NCBI RefSeq assembly: GCF_004010195.1
Contig: NC_057749.1
Span: 13,824,543-13,888,542 of the forward strand
Source: Chiloscyllium plagiosum
Lineage: Eukaryota
Length of the DNA stretch: 64,000 bases
Direction: 5' to 3'
Position 1 is the first letter of the stretch. Each line of letters begins with the position of its first letter. Under the pieces are notes generated by a model. That model did not search any database, was not told the DNA's origin, and worked only from the letters and a program-made list of their open reading frames with translations. The position numbers and the translations under genes were made by a program. This document shows positions 61,010 to 64,000 of this stretch, piece after piece.

Positions 61010-61492
61010 GGTTCCAGAAGAGATTCACCAGGACACTGCCTGGGACGGAGTGCTTTAGCTATGATGAGAACTTTCATAAGCTGGGGTTGTTTTCTTCAGA
61101 GCAGAGAAAGTTGAGCGGGACCTGATACAAGTGTGTAAGATTTATGAAGGGTATGGACAGGGTGGACAGAAAGGACCTCTTCCCATTAGTTGAAGGGTCA
61201 ACAACGAGGAGGCACAGTTTTAACATGACAGGCAGGAGGCTTTTTGGGGTGGTTTGAGGAAAAACCTTTCACCCAGGTTGTGGTGGGGTTCTGATATGTA
61301 CTGACAGGGAGGGGTAGTATTCGCTAATTATTTCACAACATGGATGAAGTACTTGGATGAACACTTGAAAAATCATAACATTCGAGACTATGGGCCTAGT
61401 ACTGGAAAATGGGGCTAAAGTAGATGAAGTGTAGTTTTGGCACTACAGACACATTGGTCTAAGGGCCTCTTCTGTATTGTATGATTCTATGA
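61010..61492 (+). mobile_element. CR1 LINE 3' remnant
   Basis: RFTRTLPGTECFSYDE...LGLFSSEQRKLSGDLIQV and tail GGGCCTCTTCTGTATTGTATGATTCTATGA. Confidence 0.8.
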
Positions 61493-63356
61493 ATGTTTCT
61501 CTAGTTTCTCTCCTACCCTACCCTCTCTAAGCCCATCTAGTCCAGCTGACCTTCTCCTTCGTTCTTGACCCTACTCCAATTAAACAGCTGACCATACATA
61601 CTTGCTGATAATACATAAATGATTCCCACTCCTCAGGGACTAACCCACCACTCCAAAATAAACATCCATTATTCATCTATCTCTATGCTATCACCTATGT
61701 GCACTGACCGACACTGGCTGCCAGCCCACCAATAAATCAATTTTAAAATTTCATCCTTGTGCTCAAATTTCTCCTATGCTTGACCCGTTCCAAATTTTGT
61801 CATGCAACTGTCGAAAACTCTGATTGCCTCCAAATATGGTCTCTCGTGCATTCCCACTCCCTTTGGCAAATAAGCGCCACCGGTGTGTTCAGCCACTTCA
61901 GTACTAATCTCTGACATTCTTTCTAAATCTCCCCTCCATCATCTTTCACTTCCTTAGAATCCAACTTTAATAAGTTCAAACATTCTGTCGACTTATGCTT
62001 CTGTGAAGTGCTTTGAGTGCCTTTCTAGGCGTCAAAGAAATTGTCTCTTTTTGTATCCAATATCGTTTCTTCTTGTGGGAGGACACCACATTGTTGGCAA
62101 TGTGAAACTTACATCTTTCTCTGTCTCTTCTGTCATGACTCAGTATAGCTCTACTCTAAAAATGAACACTGACCATAATATGTGTCTGCTGACATTTAGG
62201 TAGAATGGCTTCAGATGTAAAAGGCAACCTAGGAAGTGGAAAAAAACACTGACATAAAGCTATTGTTTGAAATAATTAGATGATCTAAAGAGGCTGTGCA
62301 GCATAACATGAATCAATCTATAATGCACACAACTAGGGTGAATGTTTAAGAGGCAATTGCTTGAACTGTTCTTTTTGACAAGTTTTTGAAACTAAGCAAT
62401 CTCATCATGTGAAAGTAACTGCTTAGTATTTTTTGCACTTACATACAATTTTGGGCAAATTTGGGCAAATATAAAATTAAGCCTGCCCTTAGATATCTAC
62501 ACATCTTACCCTTTTCAATCTAGAAGCATCTCTTTGAAGATTCATAATCCAACTTTAATATGTTTCCATATTAAAGCCACAATGGTTTATGAAATCAATG
62601 AGATATATTTTGGAAGGGTATCACAACACTTGAAAGCAACTTTCCTATATAACATCAAATCTTAAACTTCCTGTAAATAATTTATTTTAATGGGACACAA
62701 AATTTAACATTGCCAAGAACTCTTTTTAACCTTTCAAGGGGAGTTAATTAACTGATTGTGCTAATTTAGAGAAAGGTGTTTGGAATTCTTGAATCAGGAA
62801 AAAGCATCTTGCTAAACGTTGCTGCTGAATTTCTTTAAATTGAACCAACTAAATGGAGGAATCTTATGAACTTATCAGTGACTGGTGAGAATATTTTGGA
62901 GGTGAGTGAAGACAGTGTAGTCTGATTCTAGATGCAAATTATTGAATAATAATGCATTATTATTCAGATGCAAATATGCTATCAAGTTCAACACAACACA
63001 CACCTACTGTACTTTTGATAACAACCTTGATTTAGATGCAGGTATTTAGAGTCAATGATTGATGCCTCTGGTGGCAGCCATCTGGATTTCCTCTGCAAGA
63101 TTTGTTTATAACTGACATGTTTCTTAAAACAAAACTGCAGCTGCTTACAAACATGACAATGGAGTTTAAAGTCAGGTTCAACTCACTCACAAACATAGTG
63201 CGCAATCAAAAAAAGGAAAAATAAACTGCCCGCAATTAAGAACATCACTTGAATTTGAATTCACTTTTCTGTACAGTTTCTTTATAACTCCATTCAAGCA
63301 GAATTAGATTTTCCAATCACTATTCCTGCATGGTTCCAAAGAATTCAATAAAATCA

Positions 63357-63890
63357 CAACTCATGTTGTGGGTACAACCCATGGACAAAACCAACGTCAT
63401 CTACAAAATTCCATGCAAGGACTGCCACAAACACTACGTAGGACAAACTCAAGAAAGTTAGCCACCAAGATACACGAACACCAGCTAGCCACAAAAAGAC
63501 ATGTCCCTCTCTCCCTCGTAGCCCTACACACGGATGAAAAAAACCCACCATTTTGACTGGGACAACACATCTATCCTGGGACAGGCTAAGCAAAGACATG
63601 CCAGAGAATTCCTACAGGCCTGGCACTCCAACCACAACACCATAAACAAACACAGAGATCTAGATACCATCAATCAACCCCACAGAAAACGAACAGGAAA
63701 TGACATCACCACAAACCCTGGGATCCCCATCCAGGACCAACATATAAATAGAAAACATTTCACTTGGAGGTTGCCACTGATGATGTTACCTAGCCAGGTA
63801 ATGAAACGTCTGGATATCAAACCTACAGGTCAGCGAGCAAATCTACATCCTAAACCTCAACTTGAGATACAAACCTTCACAAACCTTGCA
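63357..63890 (+). mobile_element. Penelope-like element 3' part: GIY-YIG endonuclease (frameshifted) plus pLTR
   Basis: MDKTNVIYKIPCKDCHKHYVGQT / RKLATKIHEHQLATKRH / HHFDWDNTSILGQAKQRHAREFLQAWHS. Confidence 0.9.
63774..63813 (+). ncRNA. Minimal hammerhead ribozyme motif in Penelope pLTR; predicted cleavage after 63810
   Basis: Identical to 33427-33466: CCA-CUGAUGA-U-GUUACC(UAGCCA)GGUAAU-GAAAC-GUC-UGG. Confidence 0.75.
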
Positions 63891-64000
63891 AAAATCACTT
63901 TAATAGTTATATAAGTGTTGGTCATTAATGCTCTCAAGCCACCTTAAAGATCTAACGGTTTTGATTCAGACTGGTCCAACTGCAATATTTTGTTACAGTT

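Noticed and set aside
698..63914. Most short ORFs in the supplied track as independent genes
   Set aside because: They are antisense shadows of SCAPER exons (for example 24020, 27062, 30730, 49242), retroelement fragments, or chance ORFs, many with non-ATG starts.
60389..64000. Preceding SCAPER exon (RYWAFLFDNLRRAVDEIYVTCE-like)
   Set aside because: Not found; it probably lies beyond the right edge of the window.

Overview
This is vertebrate genomic DNA, almost certainly from a cartilaginous fish: it carries an HE1/V-type SINE, HER1/CR1 LINEs, DeuSINEs and shark-type Penelope repeats. The whole window lies inside the SCAPER gene (S-phase cyclin A-associated protein in the ER) on the minus strand. 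I reconstructed 16 GT-AG internal coding exons from 60388 down to 10217. They total 2294 nt (764 codons + 2 nt) with consistent splice phases, and cover the RxL cyclin-binding motif, a KEN motif, the long coiled coil and the C2H2 zinc finger. The 5' and 3' ends of the gene lie outside the window. The introns are full of retroelements. The most notable non-obvious feature is a set of about a dozen minimal hammerhead-ribozyme motifs (CUGANGA-stemII-GAAAC-GUH), most of them decayed, carried by Penelope-derived elements; their stem I covaries between families. Some are short, young, TSD-flanked insertions on the SCAPER sense strand, and some inserted as fold-back hairpins. Two candidate in-frame alternative exons (96 nt and 33 nt) and a recent 226-bp tandem duplication are also visible. 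No prokaryotic-type system (CRISPR, operon) is present. All homology calls are from recall, not database searches.
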